IMG/VR virus record: IMGVR_UViG_3300029511_000167
DNA length: 64,000 bases
Source of the DNA: a virus
Lineage: Duplodnaviria > Heunggongvirae > Uroviricota > Caudoviricetes
Direction: 5' to 3' (one strand)
A program made the translations under genes and the position numbers. This document shows positions 56,235-64,000 of this stretch, in pieces. The notes under the pieces were generated by a model. It saw nothing but the letters and a program-made list of their open reading frames with translations. It was not told where the DNA came from and did no database searches. Numbering within the stretch: position 1 is the first letter of the stretch; the number at the start of each line of letters is the position of its first letter.

Positions 56235-56609
56235 TTATTCCGTTCCAAATACATCATCATAAGTTGCGTATTCGGCTCTACCAGCTGCGATATCTTCTGC
56301 TTTGGCAAGCATCGCTTCTGCTGCTGGCCGAATTTGCGCTTGGCGTTTTTTAAATTCTGTAAGCAGATCTTCTCCAGACAGCCCTTCCTTAATCAAATCT
56401 GTTAAGATTTGTTCTGCAAATTCACCGCCTGCAACAGTCTTGACCGGACGAATAATAAGTTCATCACCACGCACAATACATTCTGCTTCATCTCCAAAAC
56501 CGAGAGAATGGTAAAACTTTTGTGGTATTGTAATCTGTCGTTTGGAAGAAATGCTAAGAATTTTTCTATTCATTTTCGTGTTCCCTCTTTCCATTACAGC
56601 TATGGACAT
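56235..56609 (-). CDS. AbrB/MazE-type (SpoVT/AbrB swapped-hairpin) DNA-binding protein, antitoxin-like
   Basis: RKILSISSKRQITIPQKFYHSLGFGDEAECIVRGDELIIRP. Acidic C-terminal half. RBS aaaggaggtaataagt. Motif agtatg 29 nt upstream. Confidence 0.65.
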   Translation of the reverse strand: MSIAVMERGNTKMNRKILSISSKRQITIPQKFYHSLGFGDEAECIVRGDELIIRPVKTVAGGEFAEQILTDLIKEGLSGEDLLTEFKKRQAQIRPAAEAMLAKAEDIAAGRAEYATYDDVFGTE

Positions 56610-56804
56610 ACTTATTACCTCCTTTTCATTTTATGCAAGTATGTTTCTTTATATTCTTTTTCTTGATTTCTTGATTTCTTTACTTCTAATTTTAGTATAA
56701 TAGCTCTTTCCATTAAAGTCAATAGTCTGCAATGACTTTACAATCCCGTCTGAAATCCTTCAAAATTCTTACACAGGCACCAAGAGCTACACCCAAATCT
56801 GTTT

Positions 56805-56942
56805 TCAGGAAAATTTTCTGAGTTGTTCCAGCTCTTCTAATAGCAACACTGCTTCTACTTCTGTCAGGCAGCCGCTGCCGGTTGGTATGAATTCAATTAC
56901 GCCGTTTCTGAGCTCTTCAATTGCTGTTTTGAGTTCGAGCAT
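56805..56942 (-). CDS. small hypothetical protein (45 aa)
   Basis: RBS aaggagtagca before ATG, overlapping the stop of 56945..57181. Translation MLELKTAIEELRNGVIEFIPTGSGCLTEVEAVLLLEELEQLRKFS. Confidence 0.4.
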   Translation of the reverse strand: MLELKTAIEELRNGVIEFIPTGSGCLTEVEAVLLLEELEQLRKFS

Positions 56943-56944
56943 TG

Positions 56945-57181
56945 CTACTCCTTGGGCATATAGAAGGCTGTTTTTGAGTTATAGCAGCTTTTGCAGATTC
57001 TATCTAACACTTCCATGGCATGAGCTACGGTTGCATATTTTCCAAGTGTCATCCAATAAGACGAATTCTCTGAAGTTTCATGATAACCACGAATGAAAAC
57101 GGCTGATTCCACTTCTACAATCTGCAAACTTCCACCGGTTGTATCAAAAATTGTTCTTCTATCCTGAGCCATAATTAACAT
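56945..57181 (-). CDS. hypothetical protein
   Basis: 78-aa ORF whose end overlaps the metallophosphoesterase stop. Confidence 0.45.
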   Translation of the reverse strand: MLIMAQDRRTIFDTTGGSLQIVEVESAVFIRGYHETSENSSYWMTLGKYATVAHAMEVLDRICKSCYNSKTAFYMPKE

Positions 57182-57795
57182 AATTTTTCCTCCGATAATT
57201 TCTTTTCCAGTTCAATCCATTCGTCAAGCGTAAGAGGTTCATAATCTGACTTCATACAGAAGCAGTTGATCATCTCACATGGAATGTTTCTTTCTTTTCC
57301 ACAAATTTCCCGCGTATGAGATTTCGTAATTTCTACGAATTTTCGTACCAGTTCCTCATCCAGTGTATTATGTACATGCCCATAAAGCATATAAACAGCC
57401 GGTGTTTCATCTTCCATGATACGATTCTGCCCATTATAACAAAATACCGGGTAGTGGCTGAGAATCACTTTCCTTTTGTTATCATTCAGTTCCAAATAAG
57501 GAACAATCCTTTGGAACAGACTTCTGTTAAATGCCTTATCCTTTAGAAACTTATCATGATTTCCAATGATCAATGTCTTTTTTCCATTTAGTCTTTTGAT
57601 TACTTTTTCTGTCTCTTCTGTTCTTGCCACTGACAAATCGCCAAGGATGACGATTTCATCATTTTTTCTTACTTTTTTGTTCCATTTTTCAATCATGTAC
57701 TCATTCATGGTTTCCATAGAAGGAAAGCCGCGATTGTCCATTCTCTCGTTTAAATTTTTGTGGAAAAAATGGCAATCTGAAATGTAATATCTCAT
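57175..57795 (-). CDS. calcineurin-like metallophosphoesterase
   Basis: Start MRYYISDCHFFH (DxH). GDLS, GNHD and GHVH motifs. RBS aaaaggagaac. Motif agtatg 31 nt upstream. Confidence 0.7.
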   Translation of the reverse strand: MRYYISDCHFFHKNLNERMDNRGFPSMETMNEYMIEKWNKKVRKNDEIVILGDLSVARTEETEKVIKRLNGKKTLIIGNHDKFLKDKAFNRSLFQRIVPYLELNDNKRKVILSHYPVFCYNGQNRIMEDETPAVYMLYGHVHNTLDEELVRKFVEITKSHTREICGKERNIPCEMINCFCMKSDYEPLTLDEWIELEKKLSEEKLC

Positions 57796-58067
57796 AAGCT
57801 TGTTCTCCTTTTTTCGTTTGATATATTTAGTATGATAGAATGAATTCGATTTTAATGAAAATATGAAAAAAAGCGGATGCAATCCGCTTTTAAAGGCAAC
57901 CGCCGCTGTTCCAGAACTTCGGATGCATCGGCTCTCCTTTAAAACTGAATCCAAACTTCTCCTCTTTTCCGTTAATCTTTAATGTCAATACACCGCTGCA
58001 AAGGTTTGGCATTTCCCATCATATGAAACAAACTCAACATGTTTTTCCATTTCAGATTTCCTTTCTT

Positions 58068-58238
58068 CTACTTTTCATGATCCAGCTTGAAACCCTTATG
58101 ACAAAAACCGCTGAAGTCAGACAGATAATCGCTGATTTCGTCTTCATCATTCATCCCGTCAGGAATGTCAATTTCTGTTGGCAGGAACTTAAGATCTTCT
58201 TCATTGTCCACATCCCACTTAATTTCTACTGCTTTCAT
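58068..58238 (-). CDS. small conserved hypothetical protein (MKAVEIKWDVD... family)
   Basis: Start MKAVEIKW with RBS aaaaggagaaaaaaaga. 56 aa, acidic, with a C-terminal CH..F. Confidence 0.5.
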   Translation of the reverse strand: MKAVEIKWDVDNEEDLKFLPTEIDIPDGMNDEDEISDYLSDFSGFCHKGFKLDHEK

Positions 58239-58360
58239 TCTTTTTTTCTCCTTTTTTCTTTTTCTTCCTCTAATATGTTGTTTTTTTTCATAGTTAATGT
58301 TTCGCATTATCCATTTCTTTTTTTCTCCATATTATAGAAAATCGAAAATAGGAGGTTTTT

Positions 58361-59059
58361 ATGAGAAGAAAATATTTTATTGACACAGAAAATGTAGGAG
58401 ACGCCTGGATTTCATTCCTTAAAAAGGCAGAGCCGGATGATACCTTCATCCTTTTTATTTCCAAGTACACAAAACTTTCTTATAGAGATATGAGAACCAT
58501 TATGGACTCTGGAAAAACTGGACAGATTTCTTTCCATGAAGTCTACACCCAGGGAAAAGGTGGAAACGCAATGGACTATACGTTATGCAGCTCCATGCTT
58601 GAGTCTATCTATCATGATCCAGAATCCGAATTCGTTATTCTTTCTTCGGATCATGATTATGATGTCTTCTTATCAGAGCAGGTGGAACGTGGAATTCATG
58701 CCTCCCGCATCTCCTTTGTACCGGAGTTTGAAGAAATTTCTTATGCAGCTGCAGCCGAAGACGCAAATGTGGATGCTATTTTACCTCCAGTTCCTTCTCC
58801 TGCTACTCTTGCTCCCACTCTTAAACCAGCTGTTTCCGCAAAACAGATTCGAAAACTTCTAAAAAAAGAATTGGAAGACGGATATTATAAGCGTTTAACT
58901 TCGTCCTTTGATATTCAGGCTTTTTGCCAGGCAATTATCGCATGTCAGGGAGATGTTTCAAAGGCGATTAATAAGCTGGAAAGTGGAAGCGGGAAAAATA
59001 ATCTACTCTCCTGCCTTGTATCAAAGAAAGTGAGAAAGAAAATTGAAGTGTTGTTTTAA
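58361..59059 (+). CDS. NYN/LabA-like (PIN-fold) domain protein
   Basis: N-terminal YFIDTENVGDAW. RBS aataggaggttttt. A terminator aggtgctacttcgcacct follows. Confidence 0.55.
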   Translation: MRRKYFIDTENVGDAWISFLKKAEPDDTFILFISKYTKLSYRDMRTIMDSGKTGQISFHEVYTQGKGGNAMDYTLCSSMLESIYHDPESEFVILSSDHDYDVFLSEQVERGIHASRISFVPEFEEISYAAAAEDANVDAILPPVPSPATLAPTLKPAVSAKQIRKLLKKELEDGYYKRLTSSFDIQAFCQAIIACQGDVSKAINKLESGSGKNNLLSCLVSKKVRKKIEVLF

Positions 59060-59073
59060 AAAAAATAAAGGTG

Positions 59074-59226
59074 CTACTTCGCACCTTTTTTCTTTTGCAT
59101 TTCTTTCTTTGTATCAAGATCCGGTCTCCAGCGATCGCAGAGCATCTCCTTTTCCCAGCTGCAGCTATATTCATGATCGCAGTTCAGACAAGATTTCTCA
59201 AATGTTGTTTTTGATGTGTTAGACAT
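59074..59226 (-). CDS. small Cys-rich protein (50 aa)
   Basis: RBS aaggagaaaaaatat. Translation MSNTSKTTFEKSCLNCDHEYSCSWEKEMLCDRWRPDLDTKKEMQKKKGAK. Motif agtatg 40 nt upstream. Confidence 0.45.
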   Translation of the reverse strand: MSNTSKTTFEKSCLNCDHEYSCSWEKEMLCDRWRPDLDTKKEMQKKKGAK

Positions 59227-59345
59227 ATTTTTTCTCCTTTTTCTTCTTAATTATAGTCTTAATTAGTATGGAAGATATTGATAAATACAATGGCAGAAAA
59301 AAAGGCATTCGAAAATGCCTTTTTTCGTGCAGCTTACGACGCTGC

Positions 59346-59726
59346 CTACATCATTAACTGTTTGCATCTTGCCCAGGAAAACTTACCCGTGAAAATTTCT
59401 TCTGCAAGATTAAATAGTATAAGCGGAAAATGGAATAAAAATTTCAATTCGCGGAAAACAATTGCGACCTCACCTGCAAGAATATGGCCTAACCCAATCA
59501 GTAACATCGTTGTTAACAATCCTTCAGGCAAAAATTCTGAAAAAGCAAATCCGAAAAATGCCCATACGTAAAGTTTTCCGATTAGCAAAAGTAGATCGAA
59601 TCCAATGTGGAATATATATGAATCTTTCTTAAAATCATCCACACAAAAATACACTCTCATTGCCTTTTTCAATTTTTCTTTCATTTCCTCTCTTCGCAAC
59701 ATTTTAATTTCCTCCTTGTTATTCAT
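59346..59726 (-). CDS. hypothetical membrane protein
   Basis: 126 aa with two hydrophobic segments. Confidence 0.45.
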   Translation of the reverse strand: MNNKEEIKMLRREEMKEKLKKAMRVYFCVDDFKKDSYIFHIGFDLLLLIGKLYVWAFFGFAFSEFLPEGLLTTMLLIGLGHILAGEVAIVFRELKFLFHFPLILFNLAEEIFTGKFSWARCKQLMM

Positions 59727-59918
59727 TTCTTATAATATGGAATTATTTTGAGGAAATAAAAAAAGAGCCTAATGGCTCTTTTCCGGATTATTGTTTTCTT
59801 TCTCTTTAGCAGTCTTCTCTTCCTGGATTTTAAGATCTAATCCAACGAAGCAAAGCTGCCCATCACATTCATAATTATCAAAATTTTCATATGCTCTCCT
59901 ATTAATCGCTTTAACTGC

Positions 59919-60554
59919 CTACTCTTTTGCAAAATTTCGGTTTCCGATGGCAATCTGATAAAGATCTTTTCGACTATTGAGTAGTCCAATTAAATCTCCG
60001 ACATAAAATTCTTCTTTTGGATAAATATAATATTCTTCTTCTTTTTTGGGAACCAGTTTTAATTTATAGCAATCTGACGGCATTCGAAGATATTCTTCAA
60101 TGAATTTGTATTCAATCCACTCATAATCTTCTGGTTTTTCATGGTTTGAACGTACTTCAAAACTCATATGTCCACCATATGGAAGAGGAATAACTTCTAA
60201 TTTTTTGCTTTTGATTTTAAGAGTAAGACTATCAATACCATATTTTAAAAGTGTTGCACAAAGATCTTCATCCTGAATGTCACTACTGTTTGAATCAAAC
60301 TCCTTAATAAGTTCTAATGGAGAATAAGCAATGAAATCATCCATATAAAACGTCTCACGGTCCCAAATGAAGAACTTTCTTCCGTTTCTATCAGATCTGA
60401 TAAGCCTTGTATGTTCTACATATTCTCCATTGTTTAATAACTGTTCAATAGTTATTAAACCATATGTTTTATTTTTTTTATCGGCAAAAAGATTACTATA
60501 AACCTTTAATACTTCACCATTTTTTCTTTTAAACTTCAAATTCATAATATCCAT
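59919..60554 (-). CDS. hypothetical protein
   Basis: 211-aa ORF. Motif agtatg at 60579-60584, 25 nt upstream. Confidence 0.5.
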   Translation of the reverse strand: MDIMNLKFKRKNGEVLKVYSNLFADKKNKTYGLITIEQLLNNGEYVEHTRLIRSDRNGRKFFIWDRETFYMDDFIAYSPLELIKEFDSNSSDIQDEDLCATLLKYGIDSLTLKIKSKKLEVIPLPYGGHMSFEVRSNHEKPEDYEWIEYKFIEEYLRMPSDCYKLKLVPKKEEEYYIYPKEEFYVGDLIGLLNSRKDLYQIAIGNRNFAKE

Positions 60555-60683
60555 CTCCTTTTTTTCTTATTTATCATTAGTATGTATGTTTTTTTTAACA
60601 CTAAAAATTCAAGCTCTAAGTTGTTCGCAAACAATGAGCACATTGTTAGTATGTTGAAAAAACAGAACTACAAAAAAAGAGCC

Positions 60684-61751
60684 TTATGGCTCTTTTCTTA
60701 AATCGTATAGGACAAACTCAGTCATCATATCCGAAATTTTCTTCATATTCGGTTCTTTTGGAAGTACAGAATGCTCAAATGCATAAGCGACTGCTTTTTT
60801 AATATCTTCTACCATCTGAAAATATTCGTTTCGCACATGGCCGTCTGAGCTTAAAAACATTCCATTAAGAATATCTGTGAACATTGGAATGTCTTCATTC
60901 CTGCAAATCCTGACTTTTCCTGTTTCCAGTGTTTCAATACTGGTTAACATACCACGAATCGTATGCATCATCAGCTTATTGAGTTTTCTCCTTTCCCTTT
61001 CCAGATCTTCTTCCTTTGAACTTGCTTCCTTTACATTTTCTTTCTTTTCAAAATTTCCACTGATATGCTTTAGATCTCTGGCAACTTCGAAAAAATCTTC
61101 GACTGATACATCTTGCAAGGTCATGGATGCGATTCTTATTTTTTCTTCTGCTTCTGGGATTTTAAATTGAATCTTCATATTATCTGATTGGATGGTTGAA
61201 TATCTGGTATGAAAATGGCAGGTCGCATTGTTTAGAATACTGAGCTTTAAGCTATCTTTTTCTTTTTTCTTTTCAGCCAGTTTTCCGAGCTCAGCAAGTT
61301 CTATTCTTCGCAGCTGCGACTGCACATAGCCCATGCAGCTGCGATAGATTCCGTTTGCGCAGAGAAAATCGGTGTGCTTTTCTATTAATTCTGTTCCAAG
61401 GTCTGATAAGTACAGGTACTGATCCTTTTCTTGCCCTATGTACGCCAAAATGTCAGGATTTCCTTTTGAAAGCAAGTGTAACATTTTCCGGTATGAATGA
61501 ATAACAGTATCTGATGAGCTGAATGTCTTTGTTTCCCAATCAGCCGCAGCACCATTCGCATACGCCGGTTCCAAACCAACGATTCCGCGCACATCGATAT
61601 CGCTTTCAGAATAATTCGTTCCATACGCATAAGATCCGCTGACGCAGAGCAGATGCAGGTGGTTTTTAACTTTTTCAGATTCCCGGAATTCCTGGTATTC
61701 TTTTCCTGTTTGAATTAAATTTTTAATTTCGTTTAATGTGTTATTATCCAA
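60684..61751 (-). CDS. nucleotidyltransferase-fold protein (Pol-beta-type GS...DxD motif)
   Basis: LLCVSGSYAYGTNYSESDIDVRGIV matches the minimal NTase signature hG[GS]x9-13Dh[DE]h. Confidence 0.55.
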   Translation of the reverse strand: MDNNTLNEIKNLIQTGKEYQEFRESEKVKNHLHLLCVSGSYAYGTNYSESDIDVRGIVGLEPAYANGAAADWETKTFSSSDTVIHSYRKMLHLLSKGNPDILAYIGQEKDQYLYLSDLGTELIEKHTDFLCANGIYRSCMGYVQSQLRRIELAELGKLAEKKKEKDSLKLSILNNATCHFHTRYSTIQSDNMKIQFKIPEAEEKIRIASMTLQDVSVEDFFEVARDLKHISGNFEKKENVKEASSKEEDLERERRKLNKLMMHTIRGMLTSIETLETGKVRICRNEDIPMFTDILNGMFLSSDGHVRNEYFQMVEDIKKAVAYAFEHSVLPKEPNMKKISDMMTEFVLYDLRKEP

Positions 61752-61757
61752 ATAATT

Positions 61758-62171
61758 CTATTCCTTTCTTTTCGCATCATCCAGGGTAAACCCATAAAAA
61801 TCATCCTTCGGTCGCTCTTCATTATAGCCCGTAAATGGCAGGGCTATTCCTTTTTTCTTCAAAAGCTCGCAGAAATGATAATCACAAGCTTCCGGATATA
61901 ATCTTTTGTCTGGAATATAGTCTTCGTTTTTTTCAATGGCAATTACCGACATATCTTTTGGTGTTGGTACACGATCTGTATAGTCCATAAAATAGGTTAC
62001 TGCATGGATTTTTTCATTCTTTAAATACACATGAAAGGTCTTTCCTTTACATGTATAGCCATATAACAAGGTTCGATCGCGTAAAAACGGCCTTAAATCT
62101 TTTGCACAGATAATTCTTTCTCTTATATTGTCCGTTGTATTTTCTATGAATCCTAATTCTTCTCTAGTCAT
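61758..62171 (-). CDS. hypothetical protein
   Basis: 137-aa ORF. Confidence 0.45.
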   Translation of the reverse strand: MTREELGFIENTTDNIRERIICAKDLRPFLRDRTLLYGYTCKGKTFHVYLKNEKIHAVTYFMDYTDRVPTPKDMSVIAIEKNEDYIPDKRLYPEACDYHFCELLKKKGIALPFTGYNEERPKDDFYGFTLDDAKRKE

Positions 62172-62174
62172 ATT

Positions 62175-62351
62175 CTAATTTTCCTTTCCTGATAATAGTA
62201 CAACTTTATCACTATGTCCAATATCTGCTATTTCCAGCTCTGAAAAACTTCGAATATTGAGGAATTTTCCATTATCTCCATCCGAAAAAATGAACTGAAT
62301 TTCAAAATCCGGGTACTCCTTGCAGATTTTTTCTAACTCTTTTCCTTTCAT
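62175..62351 (-). CDS. small hypothetical protein (58 aa)
   Basis: RBS ggagtcagt. Translation MKGKELEKICKEYPDFEIQFIFSDGDNGKFLNIRSFSELEIADIGHSDKVVLLSGKEN. Its stop lies 4 nt from the next start. Confidence 0.4.
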   Translation of the reverse strand: MKGKELEKICKEYPDFEIQFIFSDGDNGKFLNIRSFSELEIADIGHSDKVVLLSGKEN

Positions 62352-62360
62352 ACTGACTCC

Positions 62361-62639
62361 TTAATCATTCCACCGTTCTTTAGTATTTTCCAGAAAAATC
62401 ATTCCATCTTTTCTAATTCCGCCACAGTTTTCGGCTATTTCAGTTCTTGCTGTAATAAATTCATCCAGATTGTTTTTGAAATACTGAATTGCGTTCTGTT
62501 CAGATTCAAATTTCTTATCATGCTCCCAGAAAAAATATCTCTGATTCGTACAGAAAAAAGAATCTGTATCAATGCAGTAAGCTATGATCCATGTAGCATG
62601 TTCCGTTGAAAAATCTTCTTTCATTTCTTGATATCCCAT
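62361..62639 (-). CDS. hypothetical protein
   Basis: 92-aa ORF. Confidence 0.45.
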   Translation of the reverse strand: MGYQEMKEDFSTEHATWIIAYCIDTDSFFCTNQRYFFWEHDKKFESEQNAIQYFKNNLDEFITARTEIAENCGGIRKDGMIFLENTKERWND

Positions 62640-62653
62640 TTCAGCTCCTTTCC

Positions 62654-62986
62654 TTAGCTGATTTCAATCAGGTGCTTGATTGCCTGTGCTGCAGCTGCAT
62701 AATCAACTGCAGTGCCATAGCAGATCTGATATCCGGTTTTTTCTTGCAGATTGATTAATTCTGAATACGAAAACATATCATTCCATAAATTAATAGCTTC
62801 TTCATACCCTGCTTCATAATCTATACTGCTTCTCTCATCTGTACCGTTATCGTATCCATTCTCATACCCTTCATCGTATCCAGTGGCGTATCCTTTTTGA
62901 TATGAACTCTTTAAAATTTGACTCAATTTTTTCTTGTTTTGATATCTCACATTCATTTGCGTTATTCCCTTCCTTTTATGGCTCAA
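62654..62986 (-). CDS. hypothetical protein with GY-repeat segment
   Basis: 110 aa with a YATGYDEGYENGYDNG repeat. Confidence 0.45.
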   Translation of the reverse strand: MSHKRKGITQMNVRYQNKKKLSQILKSSYQKGYATGYDEGYENGYDNGTDERSSIDYEAGYEEAINLWNDMFSYSELINLQEKTGYQICYGTAVDYAAAAQAIKHLIEIS

Positions 62987-63461
62987 TCCAAATCATTGGA
63001 CGAAATTGTTTCTTGGCATAATCAATACAGTTCTTTGTACCACCTTTTTCTCCATTCCAAAATGCAATCAGAAGATCCGAATGATCCACCATATACTCAT
63101 TTCTTATCTGCATCAAACGTGGCTGGTATGATTCTTCTGAAACAACCTGCACAAGATCTGCTTGTCTTAAGATAGAATGATATAATTCCCTGGACTTTTC
63201 AGGCCACTTTGAAGAATGATTTAAGCAGGGAATTGCACAGTGTAGCTTTAAGTCATAGCCAGATTTTTTTAACTCTAATACAGCAATCGCAAACGCAGTG
63301 TCCGCGCCAAGTGCCATTCCTGTTATAGCTTCCGTTGCTTTATAACGAATTAACAATTCCTTGAATATCTGAATGGTATATTTCCATTTTCCCGAATGAT
63401 AGTCATACCCATAATCGTTTGAAAGACTGTTGGGTCGATGTCCTGTTATCATGATCTTCAT
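62976..63461 (-). CDS. YoqJ/DUF1273-like (SLOG-fold) protein, phage-associated family
   Basis: N-terminal MKIMITGHRP plus an ITGMALGADT block typical of the SPBc2 YoqJ family. Motif agtatg 34 nt upstream. Confidence 0.6.
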   Translation of the reverse strand: MKIMITGHRPNSLSNDYGYDYHSGKWKYTIQIFKELLIRYKATEAITGMALGADTAFAIAVLELKKSGYDLKLHCAIPCLNHSSKWPEKSRELYHSILRQADLVQVVSEESYQPRLMQIRNEYMVDHSDLLIAFWNGEKGGTKNCIDYAKKQFRPMIWIEP

Positions 63462-63552
63462 CTTTCATTCTCCTTTTCTGCTTTTGATACTTCAAGTATG
63501 TTGAAATTTGAAGCGAAATAAAAAAGGCAGTAAACAACCACTTTTTTCTGGT

Positions 63553-63972
63553 TTAATTCAAATACACATAATCCATAACTTCATAATCGCTTATGAATTT
63601 TTCATATGGAATATTGCACCATTCCAGACTCCCATAGAGTGCCACATTCGTTGGATCGCAGTAACACCATTTTTCTCCGTCACGATATCTTAACCACATA
63701 TGCGGAGTCCCAAGATAATTTCCGACCATGGTTTCCACTTGGATGTCTCGTTTCTCTGCCACGACTTTCACACACTTAGCCAAAAACCAGCACACGCCTC
63801 TGTTATTGTTTAAGCAGGCCATTGCATTACAATCCATATAAGCAGGTTCGTATTCAATGTGTTCTGTTACTCGTCTGCAGGTATCGTACATAATTTCGCT
63901 TGAATTGTTTCCTTCTGGAATACCAAACTTATTAATCACTGCATTTACAATCGCTTCCCTGTCATAACGCAT
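63553..63972 (-). CDS. transglutaminase-like / papain-fold cysteine peptidase-like protein
   Basis: Candidate C-H-D triad in GVCWFLAKC, GTPHMWLRY and CYCDPTN. Confidence 0.4.
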   Translation of the reverse strand: MRYDREAIVNAVINKFGIPEGNNSSEIMYDTCRRVTEHIEYEPAYMDCNAMACLNNNRGVCWFLAKCVKVVAEKRDIQVETMVGNYLGTPHMWLRYRDGEKWCYCDPTNVALYGSLEWCNIPYEKFISDYEVMDYVYLN

Positions 63973-64000
63973 GAAATCTTCCAGTTTTGTTATCCACTTT

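Overview
The window is low-GC (about 35%) Firmicutes/Clostridia-type DNA, and nearly all genes are on the minus strand. It looks like the accessory 'early/moron' region of a large (pro)phage or phage-like element, but no structural or packaging genes appear in the window, so this is an inference. From the left it holds clpS-clpA, a secreted cell-wall-binding repeat protein and a run of small hypothetical genes. A nine-gene tRNA array (Arg-like, Leu-CAA, Cys, Leu-TAG, Trp-like, Lys, Glu, Gln, Leu-TAA) sits on the minus strand. There are two paralogous radical-SAM enzymes; a 25-aa Cys-rich micro-ORF directly precedes one of them. A cluster of signalling enzymes follows: a CX5R tyrosine phosphatase, a Fic AMPylase, two HipA-like kinases and three calcineurin-like phosphoesterases. 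A flotillin gene is split by an ORF-less group II intron of about 736 nt. A module of a putative ADP-ribosyltransferase (weak motif), a PARG-like macrodomain and a kinase-phosphatase-ligase Pnkp lies at 29.1-32.8 kb. Other calls include an AAA+ ATPase, an orphan half-size HsdS, a tRNA-like element, a ParB/DGQHR-like protein, a DUF559-like nuclease, a plus-strand Toprim-like gene pair, a solo TnpB IS200/IS605 element, a PcfJ-like protein, RNase HI, an AbrB/MazE-like protein followed by a tandem 84-bp repeat, a NYN-domain protein, a nucleotidyltransferase and a YoqJ-like protein. A conserved promoter-like motif (T)CATACTA(A) precedes at least 25 genes on both strands. The palindromic GC-rich octamer GCAGCTGC is strongly over-represented. 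All functional calls rest on motifs read directly from the translations; no database searches were run.
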